From NCBI GenBank assembly GCA_963800795.1, contig CAWDCJ010000014.1, forward strand, positions 64,942 to 128,941: a stretch of DNA of 64,000 nucleotides. The letters run 5' to 3'. Every line of letters begins with the position of its first letter. The first letter of the stretch is position 1. The stretch comes from an uncultured Chloroflexia bacterium. GTDB lineage: Bacteria > Chloroflexota > Limnocylindria > Limnocylindrales > CSP1-4. Below the pieces are notes generated by a model. The model made no database searches. It worked only from the letters and a program-made list of their open reading frames with translations, and was not told the origin of the DNA. The translations under genes and the position numbers were made by a program. Positions 20,918 through 31,416 of the stretch are shown piece by piece.

Positions 20918-21997
20918 CTACAGGGATTCGGGCTCGATGGCGGGCAGCGTCTCCCCTGCCCGCTGGCTTGCGCCGAAGAGCCGGAGCCGCCGTGCGCACC
21001 AGAACCCGATCGCGACCGGGAGCCAGACGTTGAGGATGCGATAGGCCAGGGTGACCAGGATCGCCGCGGTCGCCGGCATCCCCAGCTGGACGAAGACGAG
21101 GGCCATCGCCCCCTCGACCGCGCCCACGCCGTCGGGCACGATCGCGATGATGAAGAACACGATGCTCATGCCGAATCCGGCCGCGAGCGCAGCCAGGTCC
21201 AGGCTCTGCCCGAAGGCGAGGAACAGGGCGCCGAGGCCCGCCAGGTTGGCGAGGTGGAGGAGCAGCCCATAGCCGGACGCGATCGCGATGTCGCGCGGAT
21301 GGCCGGGGATCGAGGTCACGGCCGCGGCGAGCGTCTCGGTGGTCCGGCGTGCCCAGCCGTCGGGCACGGGTGCGGGACGCCCAAGGACGACCGCCGCGCG
21401 GTCGACCAGGGCACCGCACGCGACCAGCAGCCGCTCGAGCACCCGGGGCATGCGAGCCGCGAGGACCAGCGTCGCCAGCACGCCGCCGATGAAGACCACG
21501 AAGACCGCCGTGCCCAGCAGCCCGAACGCGACGAGCCGATCCCGCATCACGAGGGCGACGGTGCCGGCGAGCACGAAGGGCAGCGCGGTCAGCAGGTCCA
21601 CGGCAAGCGTGACGACGACCCCGACCGCCGTCCGCGGGCCGGACTGGCCCCGCGCCATCGCGTCGTCGATGAAGACCGCGGCCGCGGGCGCCGCCGTGAA
21701 CGGGACGGCAGTCTTCGCGAAGATCGAGGCGAACATCACCGGGACCAGTCGCAGCGCGCCGCTGGACACCCCGACCGCGCGGAACCCCGCCGCGTAGAGC
21801 CCTCCGTAGAGGACGAAGAAGGCCCCGTGCAGGAGGACAGCGATCGTTACCCACACCGGGTCCGCCTTCGAGAGGTCCGCGCCGAGCGCCTCCGCCGAAG
21901 TGAACTGACTGGCCACGATCGCGACGACGATCACGCAGAGCACGATGAAGAGCGATCGCCGCCAGGCGAACCGAGGTCGCGTCGCGGGCGGGGTCAT
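20918..21997 (-). CDS. UPF0104 / lysylphosphatidylglycerol-synthase-TM-region-like (flippase-like) membrane protein
   Basis: 359-aa ORF with about 8 hydrophobic helices. The overall pattern ('PGGLGAVE'-like 'PDGVGAVEGAM') is typical of the PF03706 family. Confidence 0.7.
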   Translation of the reverse strand: MTPPATRPRFAWRRSLFIVLCVIVVAIVASQFTSAEALGADLSKADPVWVTIAVLLHGAFFVLYGGLYAAGFRAVGVSSGALRLVPVMFASIFAKTAVPFTAAPAAAVFIDDAMARGQSGPRTAVGVVVTLAVDLLTALPFVLAGTVALVMRDRLVAFGLLGTAVFVVFIGGVLATLVLAARMPRVLERLLVACGALVDRAAVVLGRPAPVPDGWARRTTETLAAAVTSIPGHPRDIAIASGYGLLLHLANLAGLGALFLAFGQSLDLAALAAGFGMSIVFFIIAIVPDGVGAVEGAMALVFVQLGMPATAAILVTLAYRILNVWLPVAIGFWCARRLRLFGASQRAGETLPAIEPESL

Positions 21998-22280
21998 GGC
22001 GCGAGTGGGTGCGCCGACATCGCCGCGGGCTGGAAGCCGGTCAGGCGCGGCTCGCAGCGGATTCCGCGCTCGGTACGAGAAGCGCCCAATGATCGTCCCA
22101 TGGCTCGCGGATCATGGCGCAAATCCGTCCGCGACCGTCACGCGCGCCCGGCGAGCGTGGCCCCGGGCGAGCGACCTCAAGCTGAGGGCGCCGCTGCTGC
22201 GATCGGCGCCGCGGCGGCGCGGGCACGGGCCCAGGGGCCATGTGCCCGTGCGGCTCGACCAGGTGCGGACGTCTCCTGCG

Positions 22281-25200
22281 CTAGATTCGCGCCTCGCCGG
22301 ACTCCGCGGCCCGCGCCGGCGCGATTCTCCGCTCGGCGTGGGAACGAGCCCGCGGTTCCGGCTGCGCCAGCGTGCGAAGGGAGCCATCCGCGAGCCCGTC
22401 GAGCCGGGCGAGAAGGGGCGCGGCCCGGAGCTGGTCGAGGATCTGCCGCGCCTCGGCGATGGCGGCCCCGACGGCCGGCGCCGACGGGTCGAGAAGCGCG
22501 GCCATGTCCACGCCCACCAGGGCGAGCTCGAACAGCGCCTTCCCGTCTCGCATCTGGTCGCGAGCCCGCTCAAAGAGACCGAGCGCCTCGCCAGCGCGGC
22601 CCTCGAGCGCGGCAATCCCGGCTGCAAGGGCGGTCCGGCGGGCCTCCACGAACGGGCCGTGAACGGACGTGGCGTCCCCGGCCTCGAACGCGGCGCGGGC
22701 GCCGGCAAGCTCACCCGCCCAGAGGTGGGCCCTGCCCGCCAGCGCCAGGGCGGACGGAGCGTTGAGCGGGCTTGCGTCGGCCGTCGACTCCCATTGCCGA
22801 CTGGCCTCCCGGAGGCGGCCGTCCAGGAGCGCGGACCATGCCTCCAGGTCGCGGATGTCGGTCTGTTGCACGGACTGGTCGAGGACGGGGGCCACGAGCC
22901 GGTCGAACTCGGCCTGCGCCTCCACCCGGGCCTCGCCCCGAAGACGCCCGATGATCAGCGCCTGGGCAAGGAGCCAGATCCGGTCCTCGCGATCGATGTC
23001 GGACGCGAGGAGGGCACCGGCCTCCGTCTCGGCCCAATCCCAGTCGCCCACGGTCCGCGCGGCCTCGGCGCCGTTGCCCACGACGATGATCGCCTGTGAG
23101 CGTAGGCCTGCCCGTCGCGATTCCTCGAGGAGGGTCCGGTTCATCGTGAGGGCCTCGAGCGGGTCCCGGTGCCCGAGACCCGCCGCGAGCGCGATCCGGG
23201 CGCGCATCGCGATCTCGGTCAGCCCGCGGGCTTCGGCCAGGCCGATGACCCCCCGGAGCGTGTTCATCCCCTCGTAGTTGTGGCCGCTGTTCATGAGCGC
23301 CGAGCCCTTCACGGCGAGGGCCCGGCAGATCGTCAAGACGAGGTCGAGCCGCTCTGCCGGCACGAGGACGCGATCGGCGATCTCGATCGCCCGCTCCAGT
23401 CGCTCGCCGACCAGGTACGCCCGCGCGAGCGTCACGTCGAGCTCGATCAGGACCGGGTCGCCCTCGAGGTCGGCGAGCTCGCCGACCACGGGCTCGAGCG
23501 CCTCGAGGGCGCTCTCCACCCGGTACGACTGGACGAGGGCCGCGCCCAGGGCGGTCGCGGAGCGGGCGATACCGTGCCGGTCGCCCAGGCCGCGCTGAAG
23601 GTCGAGCGCCCGTCGCGCCATCGCCTCGGCCTGGTCGTGGTGGGCCGCCTGGGAGGCCGCGTGGCTCGCGCGCTCGAGGAGGCTCGCCTCCTCGAGCCGG
23701 GTCGCCCGTGACGGTGATCGCCTGGCGGAGGAAAGCTGACCGCCTGGTCGAAGGAGCCCAGGGCCAGGGCACGATCGGCGGCCGCGGACAGCGCGATCCG
23801 GGCCTGGGCCGCCAGCGCGTCGGCCTCGGCGCCCGTCGGTGCGTTCTGCCAGGCGGCGAGGTAGTGGCCGGCGAGGGCCCCCGCCAGCTCGTCCGATCCG
23901 AGACCCTCGAAGTGGCGGGCGGCTGCAAGATGGCGCGTCTTGCGGTCCTGCCGGGCCAACCGGTTGTAGGCGACCTCCCGGATCAGCGCCTGGACGAAGC
24001 GGTAGTTGCCCCGCTCGGGCGAACGGGGCCCGGTCTCGAGCGACAGGATCTCCCGGCGAACGAGACCCCGCAGGCGGGGTTCCAGCTCGGCCGCGCTCAT
24101 CCCCGACACCGCAGCCAGGCCGGCTGGTGCGAAGCTCTGTCCGAGGACCGCGCCATCGTGGACGAGACCCCGGTCAGTGGCCTCCAGGCCATCGAGCCGG
24201 GCGGCGATGAGGGCGGTGAGCGTCTCTGGCACGGCAAGGGTCGCGAGGTCGTCGGTCGGGACGTAGACGTTCTCGCGGAGCGTCAGCCGGCCCTCCGCGA
24301 CCAGCATCCGGACCGTCTCCACGGCGTAAAGCGGGATCCCGTCCGCGCGGGCGACGATGGACCGGGTCGCCTCGGCGGGCAGGCCGGGCACCAGCCCTGC
24401 GAGCAGGTCGCGCATCGCGCGTTCCGGAAGGGGCTCCAGGTAGACGCTCGTGAAGTTCCGCTTGCCGGCACCCCAGTCCGCCCGCTTCTCCAGGAGCTCG
24501 GGGCGGGACAGGGTCATGACGAAGATCGGGACGTTCCGGCTCCACTCCAGCATATGGTCGACGAAGTCGATCAGCCCGCTGTCCGCGTGGTGGAAGTCCT
24601 CGAAGACCATCGCGACGGGGCTCTCCGCGGCCAGCCGCTCGAAGAAGGTTCGCCACGCGCCGAACAGCTGCTCCGAGCCGACGCGCGCCTCCAGGCCCAG
24701 CAGCGCGAGGAGGGCGGGCTGGATCCAGCGCCGCTCGTCCGCGTCGGGCACGAACCGCCGAACGGTCTCGGCGACCTTGGCCCGCGTTGTGGGCTCGTCG
24801 TCGCTCTCGAGGAGGCCGCAGCGCTGTCGGATCATCTCGCCCAGCGCCCAGAAGGTGACCCCGTCGCCGTAGGCGGGGCACCGGCCCTCGTGCCACCAGA
24901 CGCCCTCGAGCAGGCCATCGACGTACTTGAGGAACTCCCACGCGAGGCGCGTCTTGCCGATGCCCGCGGGGCCGATCACCGACACGAGCCTGCTCCGCCC
25001 TTCCCGGCCCGTCGCGTGGAAGAGCTCCTTGAGCAGTCGCAGCTCGTCCTGGCGACCGACGAACGGCGCCTCCATCGTCTCCGCCCGGTTCCGGCCGCCG
25101 CGCTCGGCAACAACGCGGACCGCCTGCCAGGCCGGCACGGGCGCCGTCCTGCCCTTGAGCACCTGCTCGCCGGCCGGATCGAACACGATCGCCTTGCTCG

Positions 25201-25849
25201 CCGCTCGCTGGGTCGCCTCGCCGACCAGCACCGTCCCCGGTCGGGCGACGGACTGCAGTCGCGAGGCGGTGTTCACGAGGTCGCCCGCGACCATGCCCTG
25301 GCCGACCGCCCCGAGGGTCACGGCGGCCTCGCCCGTCAGCACGCCGGCCCGGGCGCTGAGCGTGGCTCCAAGGGTCCGAACGGACTCCACGAGCTCCAGC
25401 GCGGCCCGCACGGCGAGCTCCGCGTCGTCTTCCCGCGCGGTCGGCGCCCCCCAGACGGCCATCACCGCGTCGCCGATGAACTTCTCGACGGTCCCGCCGT
25501 AGCGCTCGATCACCTCGCGCGACAGGTCGAAGTAGCGCGAGAGGAGCTCCCGTGTGTCCTCGGCATCCCGGGCTTCTGCGAGGGTCGTGAACCCGACCAG
25601 ATCCGCGAACAGGACCGAGACGAGGCGGCGCTCGGCCACCGGTGCCGGGACGGGCGCGGGCGACGGAACGCGGGCAGGCGCCTCGCGGGCGGCCGCCGTC
25701 GTCAGGTTCGCGCCGCACTCGCCGCAGAACTTGGCGTCCTCCGGGACCGGGGCTCCGCACGAGGGGCAGCCCGTCCCGAGCGAAGAACCGCACTCGATGC
25801 AGAATTTGCGGCCGGCCTCGTTGACCTTGCCGCAGCGTGTGCAGTGCAA
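22281..25849 (-). CDS. double zinc-ribbon + class III adenylate/guanylate cyclase + STAND/AAA ATPase + TPR protein; two frameshifts as given
   Basis: TTG start at 25849 with a GGGGGAGG RBS. 'CTRCGK...CIECG' and 'CPSCGA...CGECG' zinc ribbons. Cyclase domain 'VSVLFADLVGFT...KFIGDAVMAVWGAP'. Walker A 'GPAGIGKT'. C-terminal TPR-like repeats (22281..23621 track ORF). The frame changes near 23728-23736 and again near 23696-23704. Confidence 0.85.
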
Positions 25850-26038
25850 CGCGCCTCCCCCGAGCGTGATCCTTGAGTCGAGGAGAGTAGCGGAAGCGCC
25901 CGGCGCGGGCTAGTGGCCGGCCCGTTGCCGTCGCCATCCGGCTGCCGGGTTGCCGCCCGAGCCCTGGCGGCGCGCGTCCACGTTGGTGTCATAGTCCAGG
26001 AGTCGGGCGTGGCCCGGCCGAACGCGAGGGCCTCCGGA

Positions 26039-26320
26039 TCAGCCGGCACCCTCCTCGGTGGGGACGCCCTTTGCCAGCCGCACATCGGCCATGGCCTGCG
26101 AGGTCACGACCGGGAACGGGTCCAGGGGACCGAGCAGCTCGCGGACCTCGCTCGAGTCGACGAGGAGGTTCAGCCGAACGACGAAGCCATACCAGGTCGA
26201 TGCGCAGGGTTCCGCCTGGAATGCCGCAAGGCTCTCCATCACGAGGCTCGAGCTCGACGCCGGGGCATCCGGACGATGCTGGACTGCAGCCCACGTCCCG
26301 GCGGCGAGGTCAGGGCTCAC
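26039..26320 (-). CDS. hypothetical protein (93 aa)
   Basis: GTG start overlaps the stop of the upstream aminotransferase remnant (GTGA). Codon bias is moderate and no family was recognised. Confidence 0.35.
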   Translation of the reverse strand: MSPDLAAGTWAAVQHRPDAPASSSSLVMESLAAFQAEPCASTWYGFVVRLNLLVDSSEVRELLGPLDPFPVVTSQAMADVRLAKGVPTEEGAG

Positions 26321-26326
26321 GGTCCG

Positions 26327-26495
26327 GTCGCCGGCCGGCCCGGGCCGGCGCTGCCCGCCTCGTGCACACGCGCGTGCTCGAAGGCAGCCGCGAAGCCCGG
26401 AAGGGCACGATCGATCATGTCGTCGGCCTCCGTGAGGGAGAGCCGGAAGTAGCCGGGGATCTCGGCGACCGATCCGGGCAGCACCAGGATCTCAC
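26327..26495 (-). pseudogene. C-terminal remnant of a PLP-dependent (class I/II) aminotransferase
   Basis: The translation 'GEILVLPGSVAEIPGYFRLSLTEADDMIDRALPGFAAAFE' matches the conserved C-terminus of aspartate/aromatic-type aminotransferases. An in-frame TGA lies immediately upstream, and I could not trace the N-terminal ~330 aa. Confidence 0.45.
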
Positions 26496-26706
26496 CGGGG
26501 CGTCTCCGTCAGCTTCACGATGACCGTCGCGAACCGCGCCGTGGCCGGACGGTCCGAACCGGGCCGGCGAATGTCGGATCGAGCCTGCCGCTTGACGTCA
26601 AGCAACCGCTGCACTCCTGAAGACACCCGCGTTGTCGCGGGCGATCTGCTCGATCGATGGGGCGAGGTGCCCCGTCGGCCTCGCGACGTTGCCCGTGATC
26701 TGGCTG

Positions 26707-26742
26707 GAGGCCCTCCCGAATACGCCGAAACGGGAGGGCCTC
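26707..26742 (-). terminator. perfect 12-bp-stem hairpin (GAGGCCCTCCCG-N12-CGGGAGGGCCTC), possible intrinsic terminator without a U-tract
   Basis: Read directly. It lies ~90 nt downstream of the stop of ORF 26832..27086 and has no T-run on either strand. Confidence 0.35.
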
Positions 26743-26831
26743 AGGTCACCACTCGCGTGGCGATGCTCGCGGCGTTTGCTGGGACCTCGGCTGAAACGCG
26801 ACGACGGCCCGGTCGACGACCGGCCGCCCGT

Positions 26832-27086
26832 TCAGCCGCAGGTGACGCTGATCTTGTCGAATGTGACCGACATGGTGCCGTCTGGGAGCAGCGTGAAGTG
26901 TGCGTTCTCGTGATACGTGATGGTGCTTCCGTCCGATCCTGTCCCGCGCGCGTACTTCCACGGCGTGCAGCCGTTCACCACCGGGGATCCGTGCAGTGCC
27001 AAGCAGGAAGCGGTGCACCAGACCCCACTTCTGAGCGCATCCGCGCCCGGACCACGCGGGTCGGTCTCGCCATTGGCCCAGCGCAT
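26832..27086 (-). CDS. hypothetical small Cys-containing protein (84 aa)
   Basis: Tail of track ORF 26832..27662 from ATG 27086: 'MRWANGETD...WCTASCLALHGSPVVNGCTPWKY...ISVTCG'. Local GC is lower than in the surroundings. No signal peptide or family recognised. Confidence 0.3.
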   Translation of the reverse strand: MRWANGETDPRGPGADALRSGVWCTASCLALHGSPVVNGCTPWKYARGTGSDGSTITYHENAHFTLLPDGTMSVTFDKISVTCG

Positions 27087-27453
27087 CGGTTGGCGACCGA
27101 GTTGGGACGCTGCGCTGGAGGGACCTCGCGGTTTCCCTGCCCCCTGCCGTGGCGCGGATGATGCAACCATTTCCGGCGCGCGGCAAGCGGTCTGCATGCT
27201 CGGGATCGGGCTGGGCCTGCTCGTATCGGGTTCCCGCCGGCATGGCGTCCCCACACCTTCGCCGATACCGTCACGCAACGTCTGAGGCTCGACCGCGTCG
27301 GCCGAGCCGTTGAGCCGGGTGGCGCCAACACCGAAGGGCACGAGATGACGGACTGCTTTAGAACCTGGGCGGTGCCGGGCGAGACTCAGGGCGCGCTGAG
27401 TTGGACGTCGGCGGCACCCGCGGCTGCCTCGACGACCATGCCGACGGGCCTCC

Positions 27454-29871
27454 CTACGAGCCCTGACCACCCGACGTCTCGAGGGCGAGCACCTGCTTCC
27501 CTGTGACCTCGCTCGTCGCCTCGGATCGGAGCCGAGCCGTGATCTCGTCAGGCGGGACCGGTCGACCGATGAAGAACCCCTGGGCGTAGTCCGCCCCGAG
27601 CCGGTCGAGGTATTCGAGCGTGGCCTCGTCCTCGACGCCCTCTGCGACGACCTGCCTGCCAAGGCGGTGCGCGAGGCTCACGACGGACTCGACGATGGCA
27701 GCGTTCTGGCTCTCCATCAACGCATCGGTCACGAAGGATCGATCGATCTTGAGATAGTCCACCGGCAGGTCACGGAGGCGCCCGAGCGAGGAGAATCCCG
27801 TCCCGAAGTCGTCGATGGCCATGCGCACGCCCAGGTTGGCCGCCAGTTCGACGACCGTGCGCGCCTGTTCGGCGCTCTCCAGGAGTCCGTCCTCGGTGAC
27901 TTCGAGCACGATGGCGCGACCAGCGAGGCCGTGACGCCTAAGCGCCGATCGCAAGAGGTCGGGGTACAGGAGGTCCTGGATCGAGTCACGCGACACGTTG
28001 ACGTTCACCCATATGTCCAGCCCGGCGTCGCGCCAAGCACGAGCCTGCGAGCAGGCGAGTTCGAGCACCCGGGCGTCGAGGGCACGCATCAGTCCCATCT
28101 GGTTCGCGAGGGGCAGGAACTCGCTCGGCGAGAGCAGGCCGCGGCTGGGGTGGTTCCAGCGGACGAGTGCCTCGACGGCGGTCGTCGTCCTGCTCAGGCG
28201 TTCGCGGATCGGTTGGTACACGAGCATCAATCCGTCCCCGTCGATCGCCGCCCGCAACGTGGCCAGGGCTGACGCATCGGGTCCCACTTCGTCGAACGAC
28301 GGCTCGTACGATGTCGGTCCCTGGCGGCCGCGCTTGGCCCGGTACATGGTCGTGTCGGCCCGTCGCATGAGGCCGGCCTCGTCGACGGCCCCGCAATCGG
28401 GGAACGTCGCGAGGCCAAAGGCACCGCTGACGGCGATGTCTGTTCCCGACACGACGAACGGGCGTTCCAGGGCCACGTTCGCCCGTCCCACCACCTCGAG
28501 CGCGTGGGCGGCCGAGGTCCCCGGCAGGACGACGGCGAACTCATCGCCACCGAGCCGCGTGACCGTGTCGCTCTCCCGCGCGGACTTCTGCAGCCGCCGA
28601 CCGACCTCCACGAGCAGCGCATCTCCGGCTGCGTGGCCCAGGTTGTCGTTGATCGCCTTGAAGTAGTTCAGGTCCAGGAAGGCGAGCGTGACGGGTCGTC
28701 CGGTGAGCCGGGAGGCCGCGATCTCAACCTGGAGCAGCTCGTGGAGTCGCGTGCGGTTCGGCAGCCCCGTGAGCGGGTCGCGAAGTGCCTGGCGTGCCGC
28801 CCGCTCGGCCGCCTGGGCGTGCTCCCCGAGAAGCGTTGCCTCTGCCTCGCGCCGTTGGTTCTCGTCGACCAGCTGCCGGAACACCACGAGCCCGGTGAGC
28901 AGGGCGGTCAGCAGCGCGAGCGCGGTGATCTCGGAATTGTCGACGGCCGCGGCCGACACGAGCGTCACCAGTCCGAGCCCGAGCATCGCGTAGGGGCCGA
29001 AGCGGCCCAGCGTCAGGGTGTCGCCGGGGACATCGCGGTCCGTGTCGGGCAGCCTCGCGAGACTGGCCCGGGCGGCCAGGACGAAAGTCAGGTCCCCGGC
29101 GAGGTAGATGAGGTCGGACGGGCTGCCGGCGCCATACGACCCGTTGGCCGACTGGATGGCGAACACAACATCGGCAATGAACCACGCTGCGACCGCGACC
29201 ATGAAGAGCGTCAACGCAGCGCGATCCCCCGAGAACGGTCGCCGCGCCGTCACCGTCGCGATCGCGGCCAGCAGGGCGAGATCGCCCAGTGGGTACGCAA
29301 GGGAGATGAGCGTCGTGAGGGTGTCGCCGCCCAGCTGCGCAATCGTGGGCAGCAGCACGAAATGCACGAGCGCCATCCCGCCGCCCACCATGACGATCGC
29401 GACGTTGGACCAGACGCGCCAGGAAAGGAACTCCTTCCTGGCGCTCGCCGTCGGCAAGACCAGCAGCCCGAGGAGCAGGCACGGGTAGGAGGCAAGATAG
29501 AAGGGATCGGCAATCGATGGGAACGGCTGCTGCCCGCCAAGGTCGTACGCGCTGTAGAGGAGATTGCCGACCAGGTTGGCGGTGAGCGCCATCGCGAACA
29601 GGCTCCAGGCGAGCCGTGCCATCCGGCGGGGCTCGCGAGCCACTACCGCAAGGGCAAGCGCGACACCGATGACCTCGGGGGGGACTTCTCCTAGGTCGGA
29701 GAGGATCGTCGCACCTTGGTCGCCCGCGGGGCGAGCCAGGAAGATGCCCACGTAGACGAGCGCATACGCCACGCCGGCGAACGCAAGGACGCCGGTCCAT
29801 CCTCGCCACCACGCCGTGAAGGTGGGTCGATCGAGACGCGGAACCCGAAAGCGCGGTTCGGTCATCACCAT
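27454..29871 (-). CDS. membrane-bound diguanylate cyclase/phosphodiesterase (GGDEF-EAL)
   Basis: ATG at 29871. About 8 N-terminal TM helices. GGDEF domain 'RLGGDEFAV'. EAL domain 'EALVRW', 'EVTE', 'DDFGTGFSSL', 'KIDRSFV'. Confidence 0.9.
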   Translation of the reverse strand: MVMTEPRFRVPRLDRPTFTAWWRGWTGVLAFAGVAYALVYVGIFLARPAGDQGATILSDLGEVPPEVIGVALALAVVAREPRRMARLAWSLFAMALTANLVGNLLYSAYDLGGQQPFPSIADPFYLASYPCLLLGLLVLPTASARKEFLSWRVWSNVAIVMVGGGMALVHFVLLPTIAQLGGDTLTTLISLAYPLGDLALLAAIATVTARRPFSGDRAALTLFMVAVAAWFIADVVFAIQSANGSYGAGSPSDLIYLAGDLTFVLAARASLARLPDTDRDVPGDTLTLGRFGPYAMLGLGLVTLVSAAAVDNSEITALALLTALLTGLVVFRQLVDENQRREAEATLLGEHAQAAERAARQALRDPLTGLPNRTRLHELLQVEIAASRLTGRPVTLAFLDLNYFKAINDNLGHAAGDALLVEVGRRLQKSARESDTVTRLGGDEFAVVLPGTSAAHALEVVGRANVALERPFVVSGTDIAVSGAFGLATFPDCGAVDEAGLMRRADTTMYRAKRGRQGPTSYEPSFDEVGPDASALATLRAAIDGDGLMLVYQPIRERLSRTTTAVEALVRWNHPSRGLLSPSEFLPLANQMGLMRALDARVLELACSQARAWRDAGLDIWVNVNVSRDSIQDLLYPDLLRSALRRHGLAGRAIVLEVTEDGLLESAEQARTVVELAANLGVRMAIDDFGTGFSSLGRLRDLPVDYLKIDRSFVTDALMESQNAAIVESVVSLAHRLGRQVVAEGVEDEATLEYLDRLGADYAQGFFIGRPVPPDEITARLRSEATSEVTGKQVLALETSGGQGS

Positions 29872-30398
29872 CCGGTCGAGACCTCGGCGGAAACGGACTG
29901 GCGCAGTACGAGCACGAGGTGTGTCTCGCACCGGCCGGAACCCATTCCGGCCCCGCGGCACGGCCATTTGGCGTGAGTGTGCTCGCCCGACACGGGCGCG
30001 TCATGACGGCGCGTCATCCCGGCCGGGCTGCCAGCGAGGTGGAGTTCGTCCGCGCTGGTCAACGGCCCTGCAGCCCCGCCGCCCGGAGCGCAGCAGATCC
30101 GCTGGCGACGATCGTCTCGATCCGCGCCCGAAATCCACGCAAGCTCCTTGCGACCTGGAGTGGCCTCTCGAGGAGCAGGCGGGCGGTCGGCGCGGGCCGG
30201 GTCGCTCGTCCCGACTGCCAGGAGAGCGACTGGTCCATCCTCGCCCAGGGTCGGCGCATGCGCGGTCAGGGAACGATGAGGCGCGCACACGATGGTCATA
30301 CATGCGCACCGAGCGAGATCGTCCATGTCCGGATAGTGTCGGCGGCGCCCTGATCGCGGGCATCATGGAGTCGTCCGACATCCCACCCCGGGGGTCCC

Positions 30399-31352
30399 GT
30401 GGCCTATCTCGATGCCCTGTCGACGGTCCTGCCCGTCCTGCTCCTTTTCGGCCTCGGAGCCCTCCTTGGCCGGCGCGGGTTCCTGCGCCCGGCCACCACC
30501 GACGACCTTCGGCGGCTGGTCCTCGACGTGGCGCTCCCGTCGGCGCTCTTCCTGACCTTCCTGCGGGTGCAGCTCCAGCCCGAGCTGCTGCTCATCGTCG
30601 TGAGCATGTTCGCGGCCTGCGCCGCGGTGCTGGCCGCGGGACCGTTGATCGGTCGGCTGGTGGGCATCCGATCGCCGCTGCTGCCCCCGCTGCTGACCGG
30701 GTTCGAGGCCGGGATGCTCGGCTACGCCATCTTCGGCGCGGTGTTCGGGGCGCAGGAGCTCTACCGCTTCGCGATCGTGGATATCGGGCAGGTCGTCTTC
30801 GTGTTCTTCGTGCTCGCGACGGTGCTTGGGCGGCGATCGCGGAGCGCCCCGCCGACGCTCGGCGACACGGCGCGGGCCTTCATCCGCACGCCCGTGATCC
30901 TGGCGATCGCCGCCGGGATCGTCGGCGGCGCTGCCGGCGCCGGGCCGGTGCTGGACGCGGCGCCGCTGGGGCGGGCCCTGCTCGTGACGCTCGGCCTCCT
31001 CGCGGCCCTCACCACGCCGCTCATCGCCATCGTGATCGGATCGACGATCCGCCTGTCGCGCCGGGGCCTGACGATGCCCCTGCGGACCGTCGCGGTCCGG
31101 ATGAGCCTGTGGGTGGGCCTCGCCCTGGTGTTCACGACGGTCGTCATCGACGGCGTGCTCCACCTCGACCGCCTGTTCGGGGCGGCGGTCCTGACGATGG
31201 CGGTGCTGCCGCCGCCGTTCGTGATCCCGCTGTACCTGCCCGCGGACGCCGCGACGGACGAGGAGCGGGAGTACGTCCTCAGCACTCTCTCGCTCGCCAC
31301 GCTGGGAACGCTGGTCGCCTTCTCGGTGGTCGCCGTCGCCTACTCTGCCTGA
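30399..31352 (+). CDS. AEC (auxin-efflux-carrier) family transporter
   Basis: 317-aa polytopic ORF (GTG start) with the two-repeat architecture and N-terminal 'LPVLLLFGLGALLGRRG' typical of PF03547. Confidence 0.8.
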   Translation: MAYLDALSTVLPVLLLFGLGALLGRRGFLRPATTDDLRRLVLDVALPSALFLTFLRVQLQPELLLIVVSMFAACAAVLAAGPLIGRLVGIRSPLLPPLLTGFEAGMLGYAIFGAVFGAQELYRFAIVDIGQVVFVFFVLATVLGRRSRSAPPTLGDTARAFIRTPVILAIAAGIVGGAAGAGPVLDAAPLGRALLVTLGLLAALTTPLIAIVIGSTIRLSRRGLTMPLRTVAVRMSLWVGLALVFTTVVIDGVLHLDRLFGAAVLTMAVLPPPFVIPLYLPADAATDEEREYVLSTLSLATLGTLVAFSVVAVAYSA

Positions 31353-31416
31353 GCCCCGCCGTCGCCGTCCCTTGCCGGCAGCCACACTTCACTGCCGATC
31401 GTGTGATGCAGAAGCG

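Noticed and set aside
26590-26603. Perfect 14-bp palindrome GCTTGACGTCAAGC (contains TGACGTCA)
   Set aside because: A few perfect 14-bp palindromes are expected by chance in 64 kb. It is a single copy with no gene start nearby, so I do not call it a binding site.
29872-30398. ORFs in the 527-bp gap between the GGDEF-EAL gene and the AEC transporter (e.g. 30059..30259, 29865..30326)
   Set aside because: No conserved motifs, poor composition and mutually overlapping frames. I left the region unannotated as a probable divergent promoter region.
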